Shown here: one piece after another, positions 7,193 to 16,350 of the stretch
How the letters are laid out: each line of letters begins with the position of its first letter
How positions within the stretch are numbered: the stretch's first letter is position 1
Origin: an uncultured Bacteroidales bacterium
Lineage (GTDB): Bacteria > Bacteroidota > Bacteroidia > Bacteroidales > UBA4417
DNA length: 64,000 bases
NCBI GenBank assembly: GCA_903946925.1
Contig: CAJAXK010000015.1
Span: 3,579-67,578 of the forward strand
Direction: 5' to 3'
Made by a program: the position numbers and the translations under genes
Notes under the pieces: model-generated
What the model saw: the letters and a program-made list of their open reading frames with translations, nothing else
Databases searched by the model: none
Told to the model about the DNA's origin: nothing

Positions 7193-9061
7193 CTACTTCA
7201 AAACCTGCTCAGTTTCCGTAATCGTTTTTATTGCCAATTCGTAAAGTTGGTTCATATTCAGTGCTTTACCAGCAGGGGCATACCGTGCAAAGTTGCAATC
7301 GTTAAGTGTACTCAGAAACCTTTCGGTGAGGGCATTGTCAACATTCCTAAGTTCGAGTTGTTCGCGTGCAGTATCCATTGAGAGCAACGACATTGGAACA
7401 TTGAATTTTTGGCTGATATAACCCCACAGTGCAAAAGAGATTTCTTCGTGGAATGCATCGTGCTGCCCACTATCAAGCAGCTTTTTTGCTTTTTGGAGGC
7501 GTTTTACGGCAATTCGGGTAGCCCGTTTGCGCTGCATTAGTTTTGTATCACCTTTTAAACGCATGTTTTTGCGGTAAAACAAAAGAAAGAGGATAAAGCC
7601 TAGCGAAGGCAAGAAAAGGAGGAACCAATACAATGTTTTACCATACAATCTGTTTCCGGCAACTTGGATATTCAAAGGCGGTTCCATCAAATACCTGATG
7701 TCGCTACCAAGCATTTTTACATCGGTTTGGGTATTGGCTTCGGCGGCAGCTGTTCCATTCCCTTTATTGACTTTAAGCGTAAATTTCTCCGAATTGAGTA
7801 CAGTATAATCTTTTTGGGCTGGATTGAAATACGCAAATTGGATGGGATCTATCGTAAAATCGCCGGCAGCCCTCGGAATTATCAGGTATTCAAATGTACG
7901 TGTGCCGGATGTGGCTCCTTTGTTATTGAAATTGTCAATAATTTTAGGGTCATACACTTCAAAATCGGAAGGGAAATTTATTGCCGGTTTTTCAATCAGG
8001 TTGAGGTTGCCTGTTCCGGAAACCGAAACTTTAAGTGTTATCCCATCGTTGGTGTTCACCACGTTACGGTCAACCTGTGCTTTCATGCTAAACTGACCCA
8101 CAGCACCCGAAAATTCGAGTGGCCGGTTGTTGGCTGGCAATGGTTTAACATTTACTGTTATTGGATTTGATTTTAAGCTTTTCTTCACATTTTGGAGTTC
8201 GCTTCCAAAAAACGAATCGTCCATAAAATTTTTGAAGAATGGATCGTTGCCAAAAACTGGGTCGTCGCCAAAGGGATTCCTTGACTTTACCTTGATTTGA
8301 TAAACCACATCCTGTACTAATGGATCAATTGTCAAAACCCCTGATTTCTGGGGGTAGAGTGCGGCTTTCCTTAATTCGACAACAATATACTTTTTACCAT
8401 TTACAACCTCGGTGTACTGTGGATACTGGGTTGCATCCTTTAAAAGATCCTGTGCCCAAAAACCGGGATAGGATGGGGCTTTGGTTGCCTGATCAACCTG
8501 TAACCTGTTGGTAGGCGTATATAATTTAAACGTAACGGTTATAAGCTCACCTTGATATGGGTTGTTTTTGTCAACAACAGCTTTGAGGAATAAATCGTTC
8601 CCGATATCGTCCTTGGGTTGCTGTTGTTGCTTGCTTTGGGGTTGATTGTTGTTTTGGGGTTGCTGTGCCGAACGCGGGTTCTGGTTTAAAACCGTTATCG
8701 TTACCGTGTTCGACATGTACCTTTTCCCCTTAACCGAAATTATGGCTTGAGGAATGGTAAAGGTTCCTGCCTTATTGGCTTCGACAATAAAAGTGTAAGA
8801 GGATGAACTGGAATATTCGAGTTTGCCGTTAACGCTAATAATATTTGTGCCACTCGACATCATAGGGCCATTCAAAACATCGAAATTTACAATTTCCGGG
8901 CCCATGAAATTAGTCCCTTCGGCGCTGTTGAGTGTATAGGTGAGCTGAAACCTTTGTCCTAAATACACTTGTTTGGGTGCCTGGGCAGTAAAACTGACTT
9001 CCTGGGCCAATAGCAAGCCTGGAATTGCAAGGAGAAAAAGAAGTATCAGTTTTTGTTTCAT
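7193..9061 (-). CDS. batD: BatD-like oxygen-tolerance protein
   Basis: 622 aa with a signal peptide, repeated beta-sandwich segments, one TM segment near the C-terminus followed by a cytoplasmic tail, and the expected position after batC. Confidence 0.8.
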   Translation of the reverse strand: MKQKLILLFLLAIPGLLLAQEVSFTAQAPKQVYLGQRFQLTYTLNSAEGTNFMGPEIVNFDVLNGPMMSSGTNIISVNGKLEYSSSSSYTFIVEANKAGTFTIPQAIISVKGKRYMSNTVTITVLNQNPRSAQQPQNNNQPQSKQQQQPKDDIGNDLFLKAVVDKNNPYQGELITVTFKLYTPTNRLQVDQATKAPSYPGFWAQDLLKDATQYPQYTEVVNGKKYIVVELRKAALYPQKSGVLTIDPLVQDVVYQIKVKSRNPFGDDPVFGNDPFFKNFMDDSFFGSELQNVKKSLKSNPITVNVKPLPANNRPLEFSGAVGQFSMKAQVDRNVVNTNDGITLKVSVSGTGNLNLIEKPAINFPSDFEVYDPKIIDNFNNKGATSGTRTFEYLIIPRAAGDFTIDPIQFAYFNPAQKDYTVLNSEKFTLKVNKGNGTAAAEANTQTDVKMLGSDIRYLMEPPLNIQVAGNRLYGKTLYWFLLFLPSLGFILFLLFYRKNMRLKGDTKLMQRKRATRIAVKRLQKAKKLLDSGQHDAFHEEISFALWGYISQKFNVPMSLLSMDTAREQLELRNVDNALTERFLSTLNDCNFARYAPAGKALNMNQLYELAIKTITETEQVLK

Positions 9062-9210
9062 TTTTAAACGGTAATTTCAATTTTCAGGTAAAACGTTCCA
9101 GCAAAAATCAACTCGTAAGTAAATTCTTAATCTCTTTACTTTCTCCCTTCTCTCCTCTCCCTTCTCACCTCTCATAACTCATAACTCACTACTTACCTCT
9201 CCAGCTCCGC

Positions 9211-9849
9211 CTACCAATCTTTCTCCGGCTGAACCTGCGTAGGTTTACTCTGTTTGTTCTTTGTTTTATCGAGAGTCCTTTTTTCGTTGTTGTTCATTGC
9301 GTTCAACATGCGGTTTGCATCCTCTTTCGACATATTTGGCTTGGCTTGCTGAGGTTGTTGTTGCTGTTGTTGCTTCTGCTGCTGGTTTTGTTGCTTTTGT
9401 TGCTGTTGCTGCTGCTGTTGCTTTTGTTGCTGAAGCTTGCTCATAGCATATGAAAGGTTGTAGCGCGTATCTTCGTCCTTGGGGTTTTGCCGCAATGCCA
9501 TTTTGTACGCGTCAATGCTTTCTTTATATTTTTTGTTTTCCAAAAGCGAATTGCCAAGGTTATAAAAAACATCGGATTTAGGGGCTTCTTTATTTTCACT
9601 CTGTGCCAACTTCGAATATTGTGCGGTAGCTTCTTCAAAATTCTGTTGCTTATAGAGCGAATTGCCAAGGTTAAAAGTAGCCTTTTGCGAATTTGGGGCT
9701 TTGGTCAAAGCTTTGCGGTAATCAATCTCGGCATCTTTAAAATGGCCGTTTTTGTAAGAATTATTACCCGAACGTATCAATTTCTGAGCCGGCTGTGCCA
9801 TTAAAAAGCCTACAGCTAAGAGAAGGGAAAATGTAAGTAAGCTTCTCAT
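9211..9849 (-). CDS. batC: BatC-like TPR protein with a poly-Q tract
   Basis: Signal peptide, three TPR units (FNLGNSLYKQQNFEEATAQY, FYNLGNSLLENKKYKESIDAYKMAL) and operon position. Confidence 0.8.
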   Translation of the reverse strand: MRSLLTFSLLLAVGFLMAQPAQKLIRSGNNSYKNGHFKDAEIDYRKALTKAPNSQKATFNLGNSLYKQQNFEEATAQYSKLAQSENKEAPKSDVFYNLGNSLLENKKYKESIDAYKMALRQNPKDEDTRYNLSYAMSKLQQQKQQQQQQQQKQQNQQQKQQQQQQPQQAKPNMSKEDANRMLNAMNNNEKRTLDKTKNKQSKPTQVQPEKDW

Positions 9850-9853
9850 CGGT

Positions 9854-10891
9854 TTAAATGGATTTTGATTTGAAAATCTTTATTTTTCCTGAAAGCCTGC
9901 CTTTGCGGTTTGCTATTAAAATGTCAGCAAAAATCAAAATTAATGCTGCAAGTATAAATATCTGGAACCTATCCTCGTAATCGGAGAAAAAGGCCACATC
10001 GTATTCGGTTTTTTCCAGCTTGTTAATTTGGTCGAAAACTTCCTGAACACCTGATTGGGAGTTGTTTGCCCTCACGAAAATACCTTTTCCGGCTTTGGCT
10101 ATTTCCTGCAACATCGGTTCGTTTATCCTCGTGATTACCGTGGTGCCGGAAGCATCTTTTTTATATCCTATCTGTGTGTTTCCACTGAAAACAGGAATTG
10201 GGGCACCTTCGGGCAATCCTATTCCGATTGTATAAACCCTGATGCCTCTGGCAGCACTTGCCTGGGCTGCCTCTGTTGCATTGTCTTCGTGGTTTTCGCC
10301 GTCGGTGATTGCAATAATGGCCTTGCTTTGCTTTGTGTTGCCAAACATGGATGCGCTGGTTTCAATCGCATCACCAATTGCGGTTCCTTGTATGGGGATC
10401 ATCCCCGGATTAATGTTGGAGAGGAACAACCGTGTGGCAGAATAATCGGTGGTAAGCGGCATTTGTATGTACGATTTCCCAGCAAAAATCACCAAACCAA
10501 CGCGGTCATTTTCTAGTTTCCCCAAAAGGTGGATAATAGCTTGCTTGGCCCTTTCCAGTCGGTTAGGTGTAATATCCTGTGCCATCATGCTGTTGGAAAC
10601 ATCAAGTGCAAAAACCATGTCAACCCCTTTGCGTTTTATTTTTTCGAGTTTTGTACCCGTTTGTGGATCGGCCAATCCAATAACAATCAAAACCCAAGCT
10701 AAGGACCAGATAATAAACTTTAGGGTTTCGCGGCTTCCGGAGTATTCTGGAATTAGGCGCATCACCAGCTTCAAATCACCAAAAGCGGCTAAAGCTTTTT
10801 TCTTCCTCTGCCGCGCATACACAAAAAGCAGCACCATCAAAGGAATGAGCAGCAGCAAATAAAGGAATTGCGGATGAGCCAGTCGGAACAT
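9854..10891 (-). CDS. batB: BatB-like von Willebrand factor A (VWA) membrane protein
   Basis: N-terminal TM pair, VWA MIDAS region DMVFALDVSNSM and operon position. Confidence 0.85.
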   Translation of the reverse strand: MFRLAHPQFLYLLLLIPLMVLLFVYARQRKKKALAAFGDLKLVMRLIPEYSGSRETLKFIIWSLAWVLIVIGLADPQTGTKLEKIKRKGVDMVFALDVSNSMMAQDITPNRLERAKQAIIHLLGKLENDRVGLVIFAGKSYIQMPLTTDYSATRLFLSNINPGMIPIQGTAIGDAIETSASMFGNTKQSKAIIAITDGENHEDNATEAAQASAARGIRVYTIGIGLPEGAPIPVFSGNTQIGYKKDASGTTVITRINEPMLQEIAKAGKGIFVRANNSQSGVQEVFDQINKLEKTEYDVAFFSDYEDRFQIFILAALILIFADILIANRKGRLSGKIKIFKSKSI

Positions 10892-10905
10892 GCTTATTTT
10901 TTAGG

Positions 10906-11901
10906 TTAGGGTACAAGTTTTAATACAACATACCGAATCACAAATTCGAGGGTGAGGAATAGCAAGGCCAGCAGTACAAAGGGTAAAAATTCTTCTTTTT
11001 TCCTGCTGAATTCGGTAACATCAATTTTTGATTTTTCGAGCCTGTCAATTTCTTTATAAACTTCCTGTAACTTCTGTTTGTTGGTTGCGCGGAAGTATTT
11101 CCCATTGGTGAGGGCCGAAATTTTTTGCAGCAAAACTTCGTCAATCTGAACTTCCATACGCTGGTATTGCCTGCCAAAAGGCGTGTTGACCGGCATTAGG
11201 GCGGTTCCCATTGTCCCAACGCCTATGGTATAAATACGGATTCCATATAGCTCGGCAATTTCGGCTGCCGATTGAGGGTCAATGGAACCCATGTTGTTTA
11301 TTCCATCAGTAAGCAGGATTATAACCTTGCTTTTTGCCTTGCTTTCCTTAAGCCTGTTCACTGCTGTTGCAAGCCCATCGCCAATGGCAGTGCCATCGTC
11401 AATCATCCCGAAATTTATATCTTTATAAAGGTTTATGAGCAGCGCATGGTTTGTTGTGAGAGGGCATTGCGTAAAGCTTTCGCCACTAAAAACCACAAGC
11501 CCGATCCTGTCGTCAGGCCTGCCGCTTATAAACTCAACAGCCACATCTTTAGATGCTTCGAGCCTGTTTGGACGCAAATCTTCGGCAAGCATAGTGCTCG
11601 AAATATCGGTTGCCAGCATAATATCGATACCTTCTACACTAATATCCTGGCGATTGAGGTTTGTTTGTGGCCTTGCCAACGCTAAAATGAGGAAAGCAAC
11701 ACCAATCATCCTTATAGCAAACAAACCATGGCGCATATAGTGTTTCCAGTCGGGTGCAGATTGTTTGAAAGCTGCCGTTGACGACATTTGCATGGGAACC
11801 GTATAATGCCTCAACTTATACCAATACAATGTAACCAATGCCGGTATTAGCAGTAGAAGCCATAAATATTCGGGAGTAGCAAAATGCAGTCTTTCTATCA
11901 T
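10906..11901 (-). CDS. batA: BatA-like VWA membrane protein
   Basis: N-terminal TM, VWA MIDAS region IDIMLATDISSTM, C-terminal TM, and a 4-nt overlap with the upstream gene. Confidence 0.85.
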   Translation of the reverse strand: MIERLHFATPEYLWLLLLIPALVTLYWYKLRHYTVPMQMSSTAAFKQSAPDWKHYMRHGLFAIRMIGVAFLILALARPQTNLNRQDISVEGIDIMLATDISSTMLAEDLRPNRLEASKDVAVEFISGRPDDRIGLVVFSGESFTQCPLTTNHALLINLYKDINFGMIDDGTAIGDGLATAVNRLKESKAKSKVIILLTDGINNMGSIDPQSAAEIAELYGIRIYTIGVGTMGTALMPVNTPFGRQYQRMEVQIDEVLLQKISALTNGKYFRATNKQKLQEVYKEIDRLEKSKIDVTEFSRKKEEFLPFVLLALLFLTLEFVIRYVVLKLVP

Positions 11902-12917
11902 GCTTTTAATTCAGGATCCGTAGTTTGTATTGGTGGTTTTGCAGCATTTTTTATGTCGGGCAACGCAACAACCGGTTTTGTGGTTTCAAGAAATTGCTTT
12001 GCATACGTCATGCTTAGCTCGTTTTCAGACCTTTGCGGGATTGCTTTTGCAAATTTGGTATAATCGGCTTGCACCAGAATGGATGAAAGTATTGCACGCC
12101 CCTCGGGCTGAAGCCCGGCCGAATCATACGCTACCAATATTTCGGAAGTAATCATTTCCATAGCTTCGATACCATGCTGTTGGAAAAGGTATTGACGCAA
12201 AATGTCGGTAAGTTCCGAATAATACTCTTTAATTTTCCCATTTTGCCATAACTTCTTGTCATCCAACAAAACAAGGTTCTGTAAGGCAATTTCCCAAGGT
12301 GGCCCTACAACTTTTGCCAACATGGGGAAAAGTGGTTTGTTCATCCTTTTCCGCCAGAAATAATACCAAATCAAACCAATAATAAGTCCAACAATAGCTA
12401 TTGCGCCAAGGTATGGGGCAATTTCCGAAAAGGTTAAAGGTGCCTGTATCGGGCCATGTATATCGCGGATTGCCCTTGTGGTATCCACTTCAACCGTGCG
12501 GACTTTCAGATAAACTGCATCTGTTAAAAGCAGGTGCCTTGAAGTATCGCCTGAATATGAGTAATATACGGTAAAAGGCGGTATGTAATGAAACCCGGTG
12601 TCGAAGGATGTGATGAGCAGGTTTTGGCTGTAATTGACAAATTCCTGACGGCTTGTAGAGTTGGTGTCAACCTTCGTTTTGTTTGCAACTTCAATCTTGG
12701 ATGTAAGTGTGTCGGCAATGGCCGGCCAATAAATTGTAGCCGTTTTTGGCAATGCCACATTAAGCCGCAGTTGCACCCGTTCCCCGATTTTGATTGAAGA
12801 GGAATCGAGGCTGAGCACTGCTTTTTGAGCCCGGGAATCGGTAAAAACCACCGAAACAATCAGAGTAAACAATATAACGAAAATGTGCCTGAAATTCATG
12901 TTCATAGTCATCCTCAT
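11898..12917 (-). CDS. Bat-operon membrane protein (BatD-like N-terminal beta-sandwich, one TM, DUF4381-like C-terminal region)
   Basis: Signal peptide, a central TM (IAPYLGAIAIVGLIIGLIWYYFW) and a C-terminal PPWEIALQNL...YYSELTDILRQYL pattern. It overlaps both neighbours by 4 nt. Confidence 0.65.
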   Translation of the reverse strand: MRMTMNMNFRHIFVILFTLIVSVVFTDSRAQKAVLSLDSSSIKIGERVQLRLNVALPKTATIYWPAIADTLTSKIEVANKTKVDTNSTSRQEFVNYSQNLLITSFDTGFHYIPPFTVYYSYSGDTSRHLLLTDAVYLKVRTVEVDTTRAIRDIHGPIQAPLTFSEIAPYLGAIAIVGLIIGLIWYYFWRKRMNKPLFPMLAKVVGPPWEIALQNLVLLDDKKLWQNGKIKEYYSELTDILRQYLFQQHGIEAMEMITSEILVAYDSAGLQPEGRAILSSILVQADYTKFAKAIPQRSENELSMTYAKQFLETTKPVVALPDIKNAAKPPIQTTDPELKA

Positions 12918-13789
12918 TGCCGCATTTCGCGTAAAGTAAATAGTTTCATCAAAGGTTTTACATAATCCTGACCAGTGCTTATGCCAGTGGTGTCAATGCC
13001 TGAACGCTTGAAAATGCCATCAATGTTTTTTTCGTGGTTTTTCCACCAAATACGGTAGTTGTCGCGCACTTTTTTGCTCGAAGTATCAACCCAAACGCGG
13101 CCCGATGATTCTTTGTCGAAAACTTCCATCATCCCTATTGAAGGAAGTTCTGCTTCCCTGGCATCGAAAACCCTGATGGCCACCAAATCGTGTTTGCCGG
13201 AGGCGATTTTTATGGATGGCTCAAAGGATTGATCCATAAAATCAGAAATGATAAATGCCGTGCAACGTTTTTTAATAGCATTGGTAAGGTAACGCAAGGC
13301 TTCCGATATGTTTGTCCCCTGGCTTTCGGGCTTAAAATCAATCAGTTCGCGGATAATCCTCAGTATGTGAGATGTGCCTTTTTTAGGTGGGATAAACTTT
13401 TCGATTTTGTCGCTAAAGAAAATCACGCCTACCTTATCGTTGTTTTGTATGGCCGAAAATGCCAGCACAGCGGCAATTTCTGTCATCAGCTCTTCCTTAA
13501 AAGAACCCTGGGTGCCAAATTCGTTGGAACCACTCACATCAATCAAAAGCATGACCATCAATTCGCGCTCCTCATCGAATATTTTGAGGAAGGGCGTGTT
13601 GAACCTGGCGGTTACGTTCCAATCAATATTACGGATATCGTCGCCAAACTGGTACTCGCGCACTTCGCTGAAAGCCATGCCACGGCCTTTAAAAGCACTG
13701 TGGTAATGCCCGGAAAAAATATTCCGCGACAAGCCCCTGGTCTTGATCTCAATACGCCTGACTTTCTTAAGAATCTCAGAGGGTTCCAC
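12914..13789 (-). CDS. DUF58 domain protein (MoxR-associated VWA-like)
   Basis: ...GHYHSAFKGRGMAFSEVREYQFGDDIRNIDWNVTAR... is the classic DUF58 core, and the gene directly follows moxR. Confidence 0.9.
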   Translation of the reverse strand: MEPSEILKKVRRIEIKTRGLSRNIFSGHYHSAFKGRGMAFSEVREYQFGDDIRNIDWNVTARFNTPFLKIFDEERELMVMLLIDVSGSNEFGTQGSFKEELMTEIAAVLAFSAIQNNDKVGVIFFSDKIEKFIPPKKGTSHILRIIRELIDFKPESQGTNISEALRYLTNAIKKRCTAFIISDFMDQSFEPSIKIASGKHDLVAIRVFDAREAELPSIGMMEVFDKESSGRVWVDTSSKKVRDNYRIWWKNHEKNIDGIFKRSGIDTTGISTGQDYVKPLMKLFTLREMRQ

Positions 13790-13857
13790 TGTGTTTCAGA
13801 ATTTGTGTGAAGGGATAAGTAACAGATGAAGATCGGATTTTTACGTAAGCAAAGTGC

Positions 13858-14850
13858 CTACGGTACCTCGACTGAGTTGAGGATTTCGTTGATAATATCT
13901 TCGGTGGTGATGTTTTCGGCTTCGGCCTCGTAGGTTAAACCAATCCGGTGGCGCAACACATCATGGGCCACAGCCCTTACATCTTCAGGGATTACATATC
14001 CGCGGCGCTTGATAAAGGCCAGCGCTTTGGCAGCCATAGCCAGGAAAATACTTGCACGTGGCGATGCACCGTAACGGATCAGGTCCTTGTATTTTTTGAG
14101 GTTGTAATCCGCAGGGAAACGGCTTGCAAATACAATATCGGTAATATAATTCTCTATTTTTTCGTCTAAATATACTTCCTTCACAATTTCCCTTGCACGT
14201 TGAATATCGGCAGGTTTCAGGATTTTGCGAGTGGAAAGCACTTCGTTGTTGATGTTTTGGCGAAGTATAACTTTTTCCTCCTGTTTGGAAGGGTAGGTAA
14301 TCACAAGTTTGAGCATAAACCTATCTACCTGTGCTTCGGGCAATGGGTACGTACCTTCCTGTTCCAAAGGGTTTTGTGTGGCAAGCACAAGGAAAGGGTC
14401 GGGGAGGGGATAGGTTTTATCGCCAATGGTTACTTGCTTTTCCTGCATGGCTTCTAGCAAGGCACTCTGCACTTTTGCAGGCGAACGGTTTATTTCGTCG
14501 GCAAGGATAAAATTGGCAAAAACCGGCCCTTTACGCACATGGAATTCCTCCTGGCGCGGACTGTAAATCATGGTGCCAACCACATCAGCCGGCAACAAAT
14601 CAGGCGTAAACTGGATACGGCTGAAACTTAAATCAATAGAATTGGCAAGCGATTTTATTGCAAGTGTTTTTGCCAGACCCGGCACGCCTTCGAGCAAAAC
14701 GTGCCCGTTGGAGAGCAGCCCAATGATAAGCCGCTCTATCATTTGTTTCTGGCCAACAATTACGCGGTGCATTTCCATGGTAAGCATATCCACAAAAGCA
14801 CTCTCGCGCTGTATTTTTTCGTTCAGTTCACTAATGTTGTTTTCTAACAT
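13858..14850 (-). CDS. moxR: MoxR-family AAA+ ATPase
   Basis: Walker A GVPGLAKT, Walker B FILADEINR, plus QNPLEQEGTYPLPEAQVDRF and ASPRASI, which are typical of MoxR. Confidence 0.95.
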   Translation of the reverse strand: MLENNISELNEKIQRESAFVDMLTMEMHRVIVGQKQMIERLIIGLLSNGHVLLEGVPGLAKTLAIKSLANSIDLSFSRIQFTPDLLPADVVGTMIYSPRQEEFHVRKGPVFANFILADEINRSPAKVQSALLEAMQEKQVTIGDKTYPLPDPFLVLATQNPLEQEGTYPLPEAQVDRFMLKLVITYPSKQEEKVILRQNINNEVLSTRKILKPADIQRAREIVKEVYLDEKIENYITDIVFASRFPADYNLKKYKDLIRYGASPRASIFLAMAAKALAFIKRRGYVIPEDVRAVAHDVLRHRIGLTYEAEAENITTEDIINEILNSVEVP

Positions 14851-15178
14851 TGCCCGTAATTATTTTGATGTGCAAAAGTAAAAACAGACGTTGCACCAGT
14901 CTCCGCGTTGGCTGTTAAAAAATGTTAACACTATTTGTATTCGAGCAACTTTTAACAAATGTAAGTAGCTTGTATGGATTGGGGGATGGGGTAAGTGGTT
15001 GAATGTGTTCAATTTACTATTTATTCTTGAATATAATCTGCCAAATAATACGGTTTTTGCTGGTTTTAACGAAAATTTTAAGCCAATTTTAAATTTTTCA
15101 AACAGATAGAAATTACAAAAGTTGGAGCCATAGGTTCTCCATACAACGCTATTGTTTAAGTTTGCAAAAATGTAAAAA

Positions 15179-15943
15179 ATGAACCTCCGCCCGGCCAACC
15201 TGCTTTATAAATACCTGCAAATAATGCAGTTTGATATTCATAAGGCAATGATGAACTACAAATTAAGCAAGCTTTCGTCTGGTTTAAATGGACGATGGCT
15301 CGATATTGGCGCAGGCGACCAACCTTATAAATACTATTTTTTGGGCTGTAGCGAATATTTGACCACCAACACTAAGCGGCATTACAAGCAAGTTGATTTT
15401 GAGGCGATTGAAAAGCAAACCACTTTTTGGATAGAAGATGGTAAAAACCTTCCATTGCCCGATAATTCACTTGATGGTGTAGCCTGTTTCCAGGTTTTAT
15501 CGGTAATGGATAAACCGGGGGAGTTTTTCAGGGAGATTAAACGAGTGTTGAAACCGGGCGGGAAGTTGCTGCTTACCACCGATTTTATCTACCCTGTTTG
15601 GAGCACCGAGGACCGCTATCGCCATACCGCTTTCAACCTACAACAGTTGTGTGCCAAAAATTCGTTCAAAGTATCATCAATCGAAAGCTTTGGTGGTTTT
15701 GCATCAACGATTTACGCAATATTTATGCGCTATATGCGCTCCTTCCCTGAATTGTGGAAACAGAAAAAATTACTTGCCAAACTGCTTTTGGCCATACCCT
15801 ATTTACTATTTGTGCTGCTGTTACCGATTATAAGCCTGAAAGGAATGGCCATTTTTGGGATCGAGAAAAATACAGTCCATAATACCGATTTTACATTCAA
15901 TTTGTTGCTGGTGGCTGAATTGGAAATAGTAGAATCACTTTAG
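15179..15943 (+). CDS. Class I SAM-dependent methyltransferase with a C-terminal hydrophobic segment
   Basis: Motif I WLDIGAGDQPY and post-I LKPGGKLLLTT. An alternative start ATG lies at 15224. A TAAGTTTG box sits at 15157-15164. Confidence 0.75.
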   Translation: MNLRPANLLYKYLQIMQFDIHKAMMNYKLSKLSSGLNGRWLDIGAGDQPYKYYFLGCSEYLTTNTKRHYKQVDFEAIEKQTTFWIEDGKNLPLPDNSLDGVACFQVLSVMDKPGEFFREIKRVLKPGGKLLLTTDFIYPVWSTEDRYRHTAFNLQQLCAKNSFKVSSIESFGGFASTIYAIFMRYMRSFPELWKQKKLLAKLLLAIPYLLFVLLLPIISLKGMAIFGIEKNTVHNTDFTFNLLLVAELEIVESL

Positions 15944-16350
15944 GAGCAATAGGACAAAACAGGAATGTTGTTTTACCCAAAAATTTGCCTTATAAATTTA
16001 TAACAAATCAGGAATTCTACTTTACATACAAAAAAGTAACAACAGCAGGCACAGTAGGATGCAATAGGAATGTTGTTCTACAGATTGACTTCTCTTTTAG
16101 TATTTACAGAAAAAACTTCACATAAATCTGTTTAAAACAAGCGGCTTTCTTTATACTGAACTATATGCTCTATTGAGGTTCAAAGAATCATAGAGGCCAG
16201 CGTTGGTTTACTTTCTATGTGTCCTATTGTGCCTATTGCGGTTCAAAAATTGTTGGTTCTTCATATAACTTTTTCAACTACCCGCACATTTTGTCTTAAA
16301 ATGTCTTAATTTTACTAAATGCAAAATTAGCTGTTACATTTTTCAAATTC

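Noticed and set aside
6811-7381. Three overlapping plus-strand ORFs (6811-7191, 6929-7381, 6972-7244) with HFHIFTFSN-type repeats
   Set aside because: They are translation artefacts of the hairpin repeats and the CACATTT simple-sequence tract. All three frames are open, which is typical of low-complexity DNA, and one runs into the batD coding region in antisense.
9343-9433. Non-coding microsatellite (TTG/CTG)n
   Set aside because: It is in frame within batC on the minus strand and encodes poly-Q, so I report it as a coding repeat rather than an intergenic repeat.
13190-13810. Long antisense ORFs within strong genes (for example 13190-13810, 36596-37168, 51305-51820, 28221-28739, 10449-10862)
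   Set aside because: Each is embedded opposite a gene with clear family motifs (DUF58, ParC, S1, TamB, BatB). None has motifs or signals of its own.
14860-15198. 112-aa minus-strand ORF in the moxR / methyltransferase divergent intergenic region
   Set aside because: It has no recognisable features, overlaps the probable promoter regions of both flanking genes and overlaps the methyltransferase start.
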